From NCBI GenBank assembly GCA_020352775.1, contig CP070684.1:1035679-1099678 (forward strand): 64,000 nt of DNA, read 5' to 3'. The notes under the pieces are model-generated. The model did no database searches. It was given only the letters and a program-made list of their open reading frames with translations, and had not been told where the DNA came from. Both the position numbers and the translations under genes were made by a program. The first letter of the stretch is position 1. The number at the start of each line of letters is the position of its first letter. Origin of the DNA: Candidatus Omnitrophota bacterium (GTDB lineage Bacteria; Omnitrophota; Gorgyraeia; Duberdicusellales; 4484-171). Positions 36,094 to 46,502 of the stretch are shown here, piece after piece.

Positions 36094-37332
36094 ATGGCAA
36101 AAATCTATATTATCGATGTAACTAATAGGGACGGCGTTCAGACTTCCCGCATTTGTCTTTCAAAGCTACAGAAGACAATAATCAATACTTTGCTTGATAA
36201 AATGGGAGTTTTTCAGAGCGAATTCGGTTTTCCCACTACCAATCATGAGATTAATTATCTTAATGCTAATTTAGAGCTTGCTAAGAAAAAGGTTATAAAG
36301 CATATGCGTCTTTCGGGATGGGTGCGCGCAATAAAGTCCGATGTTGAGACCGCATTTAAAAATGTTCCTAACATAAAATTCCTTAATCTTTCTATTTCAA
36401 CTAGTGATCAGATGATTAAGCACAAGTTTCAGGGAAAAATTGACTACAAAGGCGTAATTAAAAGCATGACTGAGGCGGTTAAAACCGCAAAAAAACTAGG
36501 CGCAAGAGCAGTAGGGGTAAACGCCGAAGATGCTTCTCGTTCCCGTCTTGAGTATTTGACTGAATTTGCTCGGGCTGCTAAAGATGTTGGGGCAGACAGG
36601 TTTCGTTATTGTGATACACTGGGTTTTGAGACTCCTTTTTCAATTTATGAAAGGATTTCTGCAATTTTAGAGAAAGTAAAGATTGCTACTGAAATTCATT
36701 GCCATAATGATTTGGGTTTGGTGATTGCCAGCTCAATTGCCGGCGCAAAGGCCGCGCTTGATAACGGGGTTGATGCCTACATCAATACTTGTATCAACGG
36801 AATGGGCGAGCGTGCCGGAAATGCCGATTTAGTGAGTGTGATTTTGGCAGTAAAATATGGAAGTGGAATGCAAAAGTATAAACTTGATGAGAAAATAGAT
36901 TTAAAAATGGCATGGAAGATATGTAAATATGCTTCCTATGCTTTTGGTATCCCTATTCCAATTAATCATCCTGGAGTAGGAGCTAATGCCTTTGCGCATG
37001 AATCAGGGATTCACGCTGACGGAGCCCTTAAAAACAGGCGCAATTATGAGCTTTACGACTATGAAGAACTGGGGAGAGGAGAGCCAGAGCTCGTTGACAC
37101 CGGAAGAAATATTACGGTGGGAGAATATTCCGGGATAAAAGGATTTAGGAATGTCTATGAGCGGCTGGAGGTAAAATTTAAAGATGAAAACCAAGCCCGT
37201 GAAATCTTAGAGCTTGCACGATACGCTAATGTTCATAACCAAAAGCCTCTGGTTGAAGATGAGCTAAAATTTGTGGCAACTCACCCTGATATTGCAAAGA
37301 AGATTTTTTCCATGATTCCTGACGCAAAGTAA
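36094..37332 (+). CDS. LeuA/NifV-superfamily Claisen condensing enzyme (homocitrate synthase-like, probable Re-citrate synthase)
   Basis: DVTNRDGVQ, AEDASR, HCHNDLG, GMGERAGNA, AHESGIHADG; no LeuA regulatory domain. Confidence 0.75.
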   Translation: MAKIYIIDVTNRDGVQTSRICLSKLQKTIINTLLDKMGVFQSEFGFPTTNHEINYLNANLELAKKKVIKHMRLSGWVRAIKSDVETAFKNVPNIKFLNLSISTSDQMIKHKFQGKIDYKGVIKSMTEAVKTAKKLGARAVGVNAEDASRSRLEYLTEFARAAKDVGADRFRYCDTLGFETPFSIYERISAILEKVKIATEIHCHNDLGLVIASSIAGAKAALDNGVDAYINTCINGMGERAGNADLVSVILAVKYGSGMQKYKLDEKIDLKMAWKICKYASYAFGIPIPINHPGVGANAFAHESGIHADGALKNRRNYELYDYEELGRGEPELVDTGRNITVGEYSGIKGFRNVYERLEVKFKDENQAREILELARYANVHNQKPLVEDELKFVATHPDIAKKIFSMIPDAK

Positions 37333-37340
37333 AAGAGTAA

Positions 37341-38602
<1,262 letters not shown>

Positions 38603-38603
<1 letters not shown>

Positions 38604-40702
38604 TGGCAATCGCAGTAGTAATCAGTATCGTCATCGTGTGTGCGCTTATTTCAATCGGGTTTGCTTTCGGTCTCATTAAATGGTTATTTAGTAAAGATGA
38701 AGGAACTGAGAAAATGAAAGAGATATCCTCTTTTATCCAAGAGGGAGCATGGGGGTATCTACGTCAGCAATATAAAGTGGTGGCAATCTTTTTTACAGTC
38801 ATGTTTGCGATCTTATTGTTCATGGCTTTTAAGGGATTGCTGGTTATTTTTGTACCGTTTGCGTTTCTTACCGGCGGATTTTGGTCTGCGCTTTGCGGCT
38901 GGATCGGGATGTTTGTTGCTACCCGTTCCAATGCCCGCACTACTTTTGCGGCTAAATCAAGTTTAAACCAGGGATTAAAAACCGCTCTTGGTGCTGGGAC
39001 GGTAATGGGTCTTATGGTGGTAGGATTAGGGTTGTTAGATTTAGCAGTGTGGTTTGTTATTCTTAAATGGTGGTATAGTTTTAATCCCCTTCCCGCTGGA
39101 TTTGATGAGTTCACTGCTATTACTTCAACTATGCTTTGTTTTGGCATGGGTGCTTCAAGTTATGCTCTCTTTGCCCGCGTGGGCGGAGGGATTTATACCA
39201 AGGCTGCTGATGTGGGAGCGGATTTGGTAGGAAAAGTAGAAGCAGGGATTCCTGAGGATGACCCCCGAAATCCTGCAGTTATTGCGGATCTGGTAGGGGA
39301 TAATGTAGGCGATGTTGCCGGAATGGGAGCAGACTTGTATGAATCCTACGTGGATTCTATTGTTGCTACCATGGCCTTGGCTGCCACTGCTGGATTAGGC
39401 CTTAGGGGTGTATCTTTACCGATGATTATCGCCGCCTCAGGTGTAATTGCATCTATTATTGGATTTTTCATGGTAAGGACAAAGAGTGAGAAGCAGCGAG
39501 ATTTAATTAACGCCTTAAGAAGAGGAGTGTTTTCTGCCGCAGTACTTATTGTGCTTGGTTCGGCAGTAATAATAAATTTCTTTTTAGGCCCTCAGTATTG
39601 GGGGGTGTGGTGGTCGATTGTCTGCGGATTATTAGCAGGAGTGTTATTGGGTGTTTCCACTGAATATTTTACTTCGGCCTCTTTCCCTCCTGCCAAAAAA
39701 CTCTCTACCAGCGCCCTTACGGGGCCAGCTACAGTAATTATTAGCGGAATGTCTTTGGGGATGCTTTCTACAGTAATACCGGTTATTCTTATTTGTTCGG
39801 CGGTATTTTTTAGTTTCTTTTTCTCCGGCGGCTTTGCTAATTATGGTATGGGACTTTATGGAATAGGCATTGCTGCGGTAGGCCTTCTTTCTACTTTAGG
39901 TATTACCCTTGCCTCCGATGCTTATGGTCCGGTAGCTGATAATGCCGGTGGAGTAGCAGAGATGTCGGATTTATCCAAGGATGTAAGAAATAGAACTGAT
40001 CAGCTGGATATGTTAGGTAATACTACTGCTGCAACCGGCAAAGGTTTTGCGATTGGTAGCGCAGCATTAACTGCCCTGGCGCTAATAGTTGCTTTTAAGG
40101 AAAGAGTAGATATTTTAGGTAAGCCTCTAGTATTGTCTTTGCTTGATATAAGGCTTATTTTAGGATTATTTTTGGGAGGGCTTATGCCCTTTATTTTCTG
40201 TGCCCTTACTTTACGTGCAGTGGGCCAAGCTGCAGAGTTTATCGTGCAAGAGGTAAGGCGACAATTCAGAGAGATTGTGGGATTATTGGAGGGAAAAGCA
40301 AAGGCAGACTATACTACCTGTGTTACCATTACTACCCAGGCGGCACAGAAAAAGATGATTGCCCCAGCGTTATTGGCAATAATTGCACCCATTGCAGTGG
40401 GCATACTTTTGGGCGCTGAAGCAGTAGCAGGGCTTTTAGTAGGCTCGCTTATTTCAGGATTTGTTTTAGCAGTAATGATGGCAAATTCAGGCGGCGCCTG
40501 GGATAACGCCAAAAAATACATCGAGGAAGGAAATTACGGGGGCAAAGGTTCAGATGCGCACAAAGCAGCGGTAGTAGGAGACACGGTAGGAGATCCTTTT
40601 AAGGATACCGCAGGGCCATCGCTTAATATCCTTCTTAAGCTGATGTCAATGGTAGCGATTACCTTTACGCAGTTTATTATTACCTATTCAATCGTTAAAT
40701 AA
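38603..40702 (+). CDS. hppA: Membrane-bound K+-dependent (probably Na+-translocating) pyrophosphatase
   Basis: GGGIYTKAADVGADLVGKVE, EDDPRNP, GNTTAATGKGFAIGS (Ala variant), GDTVGDPFKDT. Confidence 0.93.
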
Positions 40703-40759
40703 GCCGGGAAAAGACTTTTTAATCCTGCCTAAGCAGCTTCTTTATGTACTTTAGGATTC

Positions 40760-40768
40760 TGGTATAAT
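40760..40768 (+). promoter_or_regulatory. Extended -10 promoter for the Cys-cluster/GH5 operon
   Basis: TG-G-TATAAT, with ATG 8 nt downstream. Confidence 0.5.
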
Positions 40769-40776
40769 AGAGAGGT

Positions 40777-41124
40777 ATGTCTAAAGATTTTGCTAGCTAT
40801 CTTCAAAAGAAAGAAGAAGAATGGGAGGATTTATGTATCCGCTGCGGGGGTTGCTGTGGCGCATTTGACGACCCCTGTAAGCATCTAAAGCTGGATACAA
40901 AAGGCCTTTATCGCTGTGAGATTTACCAAAACCGTTTTGGAACCAGAGAGACTGTGGGAGGGGAGAAATTTGACTGTGTGTTGGTAAAAGAGATTCTTGA
41001 TACTCCCTGGCCCAATGATTACCTTTGTGTATATAAAAAAATGCGCAAAATGCCGTGGATAGTGTTTTCAGGAGGAAAAACCACTCATCCTAAGGAGAGT
41101 TTAAAGCAAGATGAATATAGGTAA
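40777..41124 (+). CDS. CxxCxxCC cysteine-cluster protein (YkgJ/YcgN-like, putative Fe-S or Zn binding)
   Basis: WEDLCIRCGGCC, PCKHL, CEIYQNR, LCVY. Confidence 0.75.
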   Translation: MSKDFASYLQKKEEEWEDLCIRCGGCCGAFDDPCKHLKLDTKGLYRCEIYQNRFGTRETVGGEKFDCVLVKEILDTPWPNDYLCVYKKMRKMPWIVFSGGKTTHPKESLKQDEYR

Positions 41125-42283
41125 GGAGGTGCTGATAAAGGGAGTTAATTTGGGGGGATGGCTTTTAATGGAGGGCTATATTTTGGGTGGCCCTAATACT
41201 CCCGAGCAAGTATTTAAAAAAAGATTTGCCAAAGTTTGTGGTCAAAGGGCATTGGGGGAATTTGAGCGTATTTTTAGAGATAATTTTATAAGGGAAGAAG
41301 ATTTTAAAATAATCGCGCACATCGGTGCAAATACTGTAAGAGTGCCTTTTAACTTTCGCTTGATAGAGAAAGCCCCCTTTTGTTATTCAAATACAGGGCT
41401 TTTGTATTTAGAGCGAGCGCTTAATTGGGCAGAAAAATATAATTTAAAAGTAATACTTGATTTGCACGCTGCTCCCGGAGCGCAAAATTGTGATTGGCAT
41501 GGTGATAGTGCAGGACGAGCTCTTTTATGGGAAAGACGCAGCTACCAAGATAGGACTTATGTCTTGTGGGAAAAAATTGTGGATAGATTTAAAGATAAGA
41601 GTGCGCTCTTAGGATATGATATATTAAATGAGCCGGTTTTAGGTAAAAAAAGTACCACTATTCTAAAGAGGTTTTATAAAGAGGCTATAAAGCGCATCAG
41701 AGCAATTGATAAAAATCATCTTATATTTATTGAGGGAGATAATTGGGCGCAACGTATTGACTTCTTGAAGGATTTAATAGCTGATAAGATTTCAGTAAGT
41801 ACCCATACTTATCAGCCTTTAAGCTATGCCTTTAATTTTACTCCTTTTTTAAAATTTCCCGGCAGGATTGACGGCGTATTGTGGGATGAGGGCCGTATTT
41901 ATAGGTATCTTGAGCATTATTATAAGTTTTCCTCTAAATATAAAGTACGTATCTTTGTGGGTGAGTTCGGTATAAACTGGCGGGGTGGATTTTGGGGAGA
42001 ATTGAATTGGATCAAAGCTATACTTAAAGCATTTAAAGACTTTGGCTTCGATTATACCTACTGGACCTATAAGGCCGTAGCCCAAAACTGTTTTCCTGAC
42101 GGGCTTTATCAATATATTTCTGATAGTGAGTATATTAATCGCCCCGGGCCAGAATATGGCTGGGATAATTATTTTTCTTTATGGGGCAATAAAAAACAAG
42201 GGTTGGCTCAGTTTTTACGTACAAAGAATTGTACGCCCAATAAGAAAATAATCAGCGTTTTAAGAAACTCTTTTAATCATTAA
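41111..42283 (+). CDS. Glycoside hydrolase family 5
   Basis: GVNLGGWLLMEG, VRVPF, DLHAAPGAQN, DILNEP (acid/base), VGEFG (nucleophile), WTYK. Confidence 0.9.
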   Translation: MNIGKEVLIKGVNLGGWLLMEGYILGGPNTPEQVFKKRFAKVCGQRALGEFERIFRDNFIREEDFKIIAHIGANTVRVPFNFRLIEKAPFCYSNTGLLYLERALNWAEKYNLKVILDLHAAPGAQNCDWHGDSAGRALLWERRSYQDRTYVLWEKIVDRFKDKSALLGYDILNEPVLGKKSTTILKRFYKEAIKRIRAIDKNHLIFIEGDNWAQRIDFLKDLIADKISVSTHTYQPLSYAFNFTPFLKFPGRIDGVLWDEGRIYRYLEHYYKFSSKYKVRIFVGEFGINWRGGFWGELNWIKAILKAFKDFGFDYTYWTYKAVAQNCFPDGLYQYISDSEYINRPGPEYGWDNYFSLWGNKKQGLAQFLRTKNCTPNKKIISVLRNSFNH

Positions 42284-42296
42284 AAATGGAGGTAAG

Positions 42297-42932
42297 ATGA
42301 AAGCGGTTGTGCCAGCATTGCTTACTGACAAGAGAGAGAAGTTTGTTGAAATGCTAGAAGTTTGCAGGAGCTTTACTGATTATGTACAGGTTGATATTAT
42401 GGATGGAGAGTTTGTGCCTTCGCGCAGCATCTTAGCACAGGATTTAAAAGGGCTAAACCCTAATTTAAGGAGCGAAGCGCACCTTATGGTAATAAATCCC
42501 TTGGATTGGTTGGATACTTTTAAAAGTTTTGGAGCAAGCCGTATTATTTATCATTTTGAAATTGAAGCTGATCATTTCAAGATAATCAATGAGATTAAGA
42601 ATAAAGGATTTGAGGCTGGTATTGCAATAAATCCTTCTACTGAAATTAAAGACTTTGAGTTTCTTCTTGATAAGGTAAGTGTAGTGCTTTTTTTGTCGGT
42701 AAATCCCGGTTTCTATGGCGCCCCCTTTATTCCCCAAGTTCTAGATAAGATAAAGGCATTTAAAAAATTATATCCCAATAAACTTGCTGGAATTGACGGC
42801 GGGGTAAAGCTAACCAATGCAGAAGCTGTAAGCAAAAGTGGTGTGGATTATGTATGTGTGGGTAGTGCTTTAATGCAGGCACAAGACCCGCAAATAGCCT
42901 ATAAGGAATTATTAAAAAAAGTAAATGGTTAG
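42297..42932 (+). CDS. rpe: Ribulose-phosphate 3-epimerase
   Basis: VDIMDGEFVP, HLMV, AINPST, SVNPGFYG, IDGGV. Confidence 0.9.
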   Translation: MKAVVPALLTDKREKFVEMLEVCRSFTDYVQVDIMDGEFVPSRSILAQDLKGLNPNLRSEAHLMVINPLDWLDTFKSFGASRIIYHFEIEADHFKIINEIKNKGFEAGIAINPSTEIKDFEFLLDKVSVVLFLSVNPGFYGAPFIPQVLDKIKAFKKLYPNKLAGIDGGVKLTNAEAVSKSGVDYVCVGSALMQAQDPQIAYKELLKKVNG

Positions 42933-43719
42933 GACAGTACGGATAATATTTTTTGCGGTTATAATTCTTACCCCTCTTATTCTTTATAAATCTTTTGAAA
43001 AGAAAGAAAGGGGTAGGGGTGATTCATCTGTGTTACACTCTGTTCAGTCGCAGAAACCAAAAATCGCACTGATTTTTGATGATTTAGGGAAATACCTTGA
43101 GGAGTTAAAAGAAGTTCATTCTTTAGATATTCCTTTGACTGTTTCGATACTTCCGGGATTGAAATTCTCAAAGAACGTCTCTCATATCTCTTCCCGTTGT
43201 GGCTATTCGGTTTTTATTCACCTACCCTTAGAGCCGAGAAGTAAGGATAATTATCAGCCTGCCAAGCTTAAATTCATAAGTGAATCTCTAAGCAGAAAAG
43301 AAATCGACTCACTTCTGCGTTATTATCTTAACTATATGCGTATTGCTATCGGAGTTAATAATCACATGGGTTCAAAGGCTACTGAGGATGAGGAGTTAAT
43401 GAAGGTGGTAATGAGGGAGATAAAAAGAAAGGATTTGATTTTTATCGATAGCCGCACTTCACAAAAGTCAGTTGCCTACAGAATTGCCAAAGAAGAAGGT
43501 GTGCGCTGCGGTTATAATGAGGGATTTTTGGATGCAGTTGATGATCTAAAAACAATAGAGGCGAAACTAGCGGTTTTGGTCGAGAAAGCAAAAGAGAAGG
43601 GTAAGATTATTGTTATTGCTCATCCCAGAAAAAATACCCTAAAAGTGCTTAGAAAGAAATTACCCGAATTAAGAGACGAGGTAGTATTTGTTACTATCAA
43701 AGATTATTTCGGGCTCTAA
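42925..43719 (+). CDS. Divergent polysaccharide deacetylase family (YibQ-like)
   Basis: N-terminal anchor; IALIFDDLG, HLPLEP, GVNNHMGS, FIDSRT, IAHP. Confidence 0.88.
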   Translation: MVRTVRIIFFAVIILTPLILYKSFEKKERGRGDSSVLHSVQSQKPKIALIFDDLGKYLEELKEVHSLDIPLTVSILPGLKFSKNVSHISSRCGYSVFIHLPLEPRSKDNYQPAKLKFISESLSRKEIDSLLRYYLNYMRIAIGVNNHMGSKATEDEELMKVVMREIKRKDLIFIDSRTSQKSVAYRIAKEEGVRCGYNEGFLDAVDDLKTIEAKLAVLVEKAKEKGKIIVIAHPRKNTLKVLRKKLPELRDEVVFVTIKDYFGL

Positions 43720-43725
43720 ATTGTT

Positions 43726-44256
43726 ATGAAGAAAGTTTTATTACACATTTGTTGCGGGGTGTGCGCGTTTGCTTCTATTGGGCGATTAAAAAAAGAAGGG
43801 TTTTATGTAGAAGGTTTTTTCTTTAATCCCAACATTCATCCCGCCGGTGAATATATAAAAAGAAAAAAAGTCGCAGTCGAGGTCAGTAGGCTCTGCAATA
43901 CAAAAATAATTATGGGAGAATACAGGGCGGATGATTGGTTTAAAGAGTGCCGGGCGCTAAGTGATGAGTGTGAGGGCGCAAGACGCTGCTTGGTTTGTTA
44001 TCGATTGCGCCTTAAAAGGACCTTTGATACTTGCGTTGATAAAGAATTTGATTATTTCACTACCACCTTAACAATAAGTCCTCATAAAAACAGCGAACAA
44101 ATACTTGAAATTGGCAAACGCCTGGGAAAAGATAAGTTTCTTTCTCTTGATTTTAAAAAAGAAGACGGGTTTAAAAACACTATGGAATTGGCTAAAAAGC
44201 ACAACTTTTATCGTCAGAATTACTGTGGTTGTGTCTACAGCACAAAGAAAACATAA
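43726..44256 (+). CDS. queH: Epoxyqueuosine reductase QueH
   Basis: LLHICCGVC, FNPNIHP, RCLVCY, FTTTL.ISPHK, YRQNYCGCVYS. Confidence 0.9.
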   Translation: MKKVLLHICCGVCAFASIGRLKKEGFYVEGFFFNPNIHPAGEYIKRKKVAVEVSRLCNTKIIMGEYRADDWFKECRALSDECEGARRCLVCYRLRLKRTFDTCVDKEFDYFTTTLTISPHKNSEQILEIGKRLGKDKFLSLDFKKEDGFKNTMELAKKHNFYRQNYCGCVYSTKKT

Positions 44257-45206
44257 TGAAGGATAGGTTTTATTCATTCAACAACTATCTTAAGAAGATG
44301 TTTGGCGAGCGCATCCATCGCTTAAGTCTTGACGCCGGCTTTAGCTGCCCTAATTTAGATGCAACATTAAGTAGTCAAGGCTGTATTTACTGTAATAATA
44401 GAGGGTTTTCCAGATTCGCCTATACAAATAGCGCGCTTGAATCTCAGATCGAGGAATCTATAGAATTTTATAATCAACGTTACGGGGTTAAGAAATTTAT
44501 TGCTTATTTTCAGGCGTTTACCAATACCTATGCCAGTTTAGAGGAGTTGAGCAAAGCTTATGAAGTGATTAAAAAATATCCTGAAATTGTGGGCTTAACC
44601 ATATCTACCAGACCGGATTGTGTTGATGAAGAAAAGATAAAGTTAATTTCTCAATATACCAAAGACTATTTAGTGTGGATAGAGTATGGGTTGCAAACTA
44701 CACATAACCACCTTTTAGAAAATATAAATCGCAATCACACTTATGAGGATTTCTTAAAAGCGTTTAGGCTCACACGTAATTATGGGATAAACGTCGGTGT
44801 GCATCTTATCCTGGGTCTTCCTTCTCAAAATCATAATCAGATACTGGAGGATGCTAAAGAGTTAGCTTCGCTTGATATTCAGGGAATAAAGTTTCATGTT
44901 TTTCATGTATTAAAAGACACCCCTTTAGAGAAAATGTATGAGCAAAAAAGAGTAAACCTTTTGGATAAAGAGGAGTATGTCAAAATAGTATGTGACTTTT
45001 TGGAAAGAATCCCGCGATTCTTTGTAATATTAAGATTAGTTTCTGATGCTTCAGATAAATATCTAGTGGCGCCTTCATGGATAAATCGAAAACAGGAAGT
45101 AATCGAGGCTATAAAAAAAGAACTGGAGAAAAGAGAAACATTCCAGGGTTATCGTTTAACGGATTCAATGAAGACACATGAAAGCACTGGTTGTAAGAGT
45201 AAATAA
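44256..45206 (+). CDS. TIGR01212 / YhcC-family radical SAM protein
   Basis: DAGFSCPNLD, GCIYC, YFQAFTNTY, STRPDC, EYGLQT, GIKFH. Confidence 0.88.
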   Translation: MKDRFYSFNNYLKKMFGERIHRLSLDAGFSCPNLDATLSSQGCIYCNNRGFSRFAYTNSALESQIEESIEFYNQRYGVKKFIAYFQAFTNTYASLEELSKAYEVIKKYPEIVGLTISTRPDCVDEEKIKLISQYTKDYLVWIEYGLQTTHNHLLENINRNHTYEDFLKAFRLTRNYGINVGVHLILGLPSQNHNQILEDAKELASLDIQGIKFHVFHVLKDTPLEKMYEQKRVNLLDKEEYVKIVCDFLERIPRFFVILRLVSDASDKYLVAPSWINRKQEVIEAIKKELEKRETFQGYRLTDSMKTHESTGCKSK

Positions 45207-45624
45207 GGGTAAGGTTTTAGCGGAAAGGGAAACTCTCTCATCCATTGAAAAAGGAATTGCTCTTTTTGCAGGGATAGAAAAAGGAGATAGCCCGGCTAAC
45301 TTAGAAGAGATTGCGCAAAAGGTTGTAAATTTAAGGATTTTTGAGAATGAAGAAGGCAAAATGCACTTTTCGGTAAAGGATAAAAATTATCAAATCTTGT
45401 GCATTTCTAATTTTACTCTTTGCGCTAACACTGATAAGGGCCGACGCCCTTCTTTTGAAAAATCAATGCCTAAGGAAGCGGCAGATAAAATGTTTGCGGA
45501 CTTTTTACTTCTCCTAAGATCCAGAAACCTAGACGTAAAGGGTGGGGTGTTTGGGGCTCATATGGATATCCAGCTTGAACTGGATGGACCGGTAAATATC
45601 ATTTTAGAATCAAAGAAACCTTAA
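45178..45624 (+). CDS. dtd: D-aminoacyl-tRNA deacylase
   Basis: NLRIF, SNFTL, KGRRPSF, GVFGAHM, DGPV. Confidence 0.93.
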   Translation: MKALVVRVNKGKVLAERETLSSIEKGIALFAGIEKGDSPANLEEIAQKVVNLRIFENEEGKMHFSVKDKNYQILCISNFTLCANTDKGRRPSFEKSMPKEAADKMFADFLLLLRSRNLDVKGGVFGAHMDIQLELDGPVNIILESKKP

Positions 45625-45630
45625 TTTGTT

Positions 45631-46380
45631 ATGTATCCGGTTTTGTTTAGAATAGGTCCGTTGACTATTTATACTTATGGTTTTTTTGCATTTTTGGGCA
45701 TAGTTTTCGGGTATTTGGTATGCGCCAAAGAAGCAAAGCGTAAGCAAATAGCAAGGGATACTTTTTCTAATATCATTTTTTGGACGATTGTTTTTGGTTT
45801 TGTCGGCGCCCGTTTTCTTTACGTTGCAATAGAATTTAAGCAGTTCTTACAACACCCTTTAGCTGTTCTTTTTGGACGCAGTGGATTTGTATTTTATGGC
45901 GGTATTCTTTCGGGCTTTGTTGCACTCATCTTTTTGACCAGAAAATACAGTATAAGTTTCGCAAAGTTTGGCGATGTTATTGCTTTAGGTATTCCTCTTG
46001 GCCATGCCTTTGGAAGATTAGGGTGTTTTTTTTACGGTTGCTGCTATGGAAGGTCTACTGATTCCTGGATAGGAGTATTATTTCCTCCTGGAAGTCCTGC
46101 TGGCGCATTAAGGGTTAAAGTTATTCCTACTCAGTTGATTTCAGCATTTTTCTTGTTATTGTTGTTTAGTTTCCTTATGATCTATCGCACTAGGAGTAAA
46201 TTCGAAGGACAGGTGGGTATTTATTATCTTTTATTCTATGGGGTTTTTCGGTTTATTATTGAGTTCTTTAGAGCAGATCCTCGCGGGCGCCTAGGGCCTT
46301 TTTCTACGTCTCAGATTATAGCTTTGTTTTTGATCGTGGTAGGAATCTTTTTGTGGCGGCGCTGGAGAAGTGCAGCTTGA
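45631..46380 (+). CDS. lgt: Prolipoprotein diacylglyceryl transferase
   Basis: MYPVLF, GARFLY, FYGG, GRLGCF, PTQL, RFIIEFFR. Confidence 0.92.
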   Translation: MYPVLFRIGPLTIYTYGFFAFLGIVFGYLVCAKEAKRKQIARDTFSNIIFWTIVFGFVGARFLYVAIEFKQFLQHPLAVLFGRSGFVFYGGILSGFVALIFLTRKYSISFAKFGDVIALGIPLGHAFGRLGCFFYGCCYGRSTDSWIGVLFPPGSPAGALRVKVIPTQLISAFFLLLLFSFLMIYRTRSKFEGQVGIYYLLFYGVFRFIIEFFRADPRGRLGPFSTSQIIALFLIVVGIFLWRRWRSAA

Positions 46381-46452
46381 TGCTTCGACTTCGTTTATCC
46401 CGAGCGAAGCGCGGGGCTCAGCATCAACCCTGAGCGTAGTCGAATGGGTTGA
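46377..46452. repeat. Nested palindromic REP-like element
   Basis: TTGATGCT/AGCATCAA and TCAACCC/GGGTTGA inverted repeats; TTCGACTTCG...CTCAG is complementary to CTGAGCGTAGTCGAA; GC-rich against the AT-rich background. Confidence 0.65.
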
Positions 46453-46476
46453 TACTTCTAGGATTTAGCGTATAAT
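46449..46476 (+). promoter_or_regulatory. Sigma70 promoter for nadE
   Basis: TTGATA, 16 bp, TATAAT. Confidence 0.6.
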
Positions 46477-46502
46477 ACCTATCTTAAGGAAAAGTGATAA
46501 AA

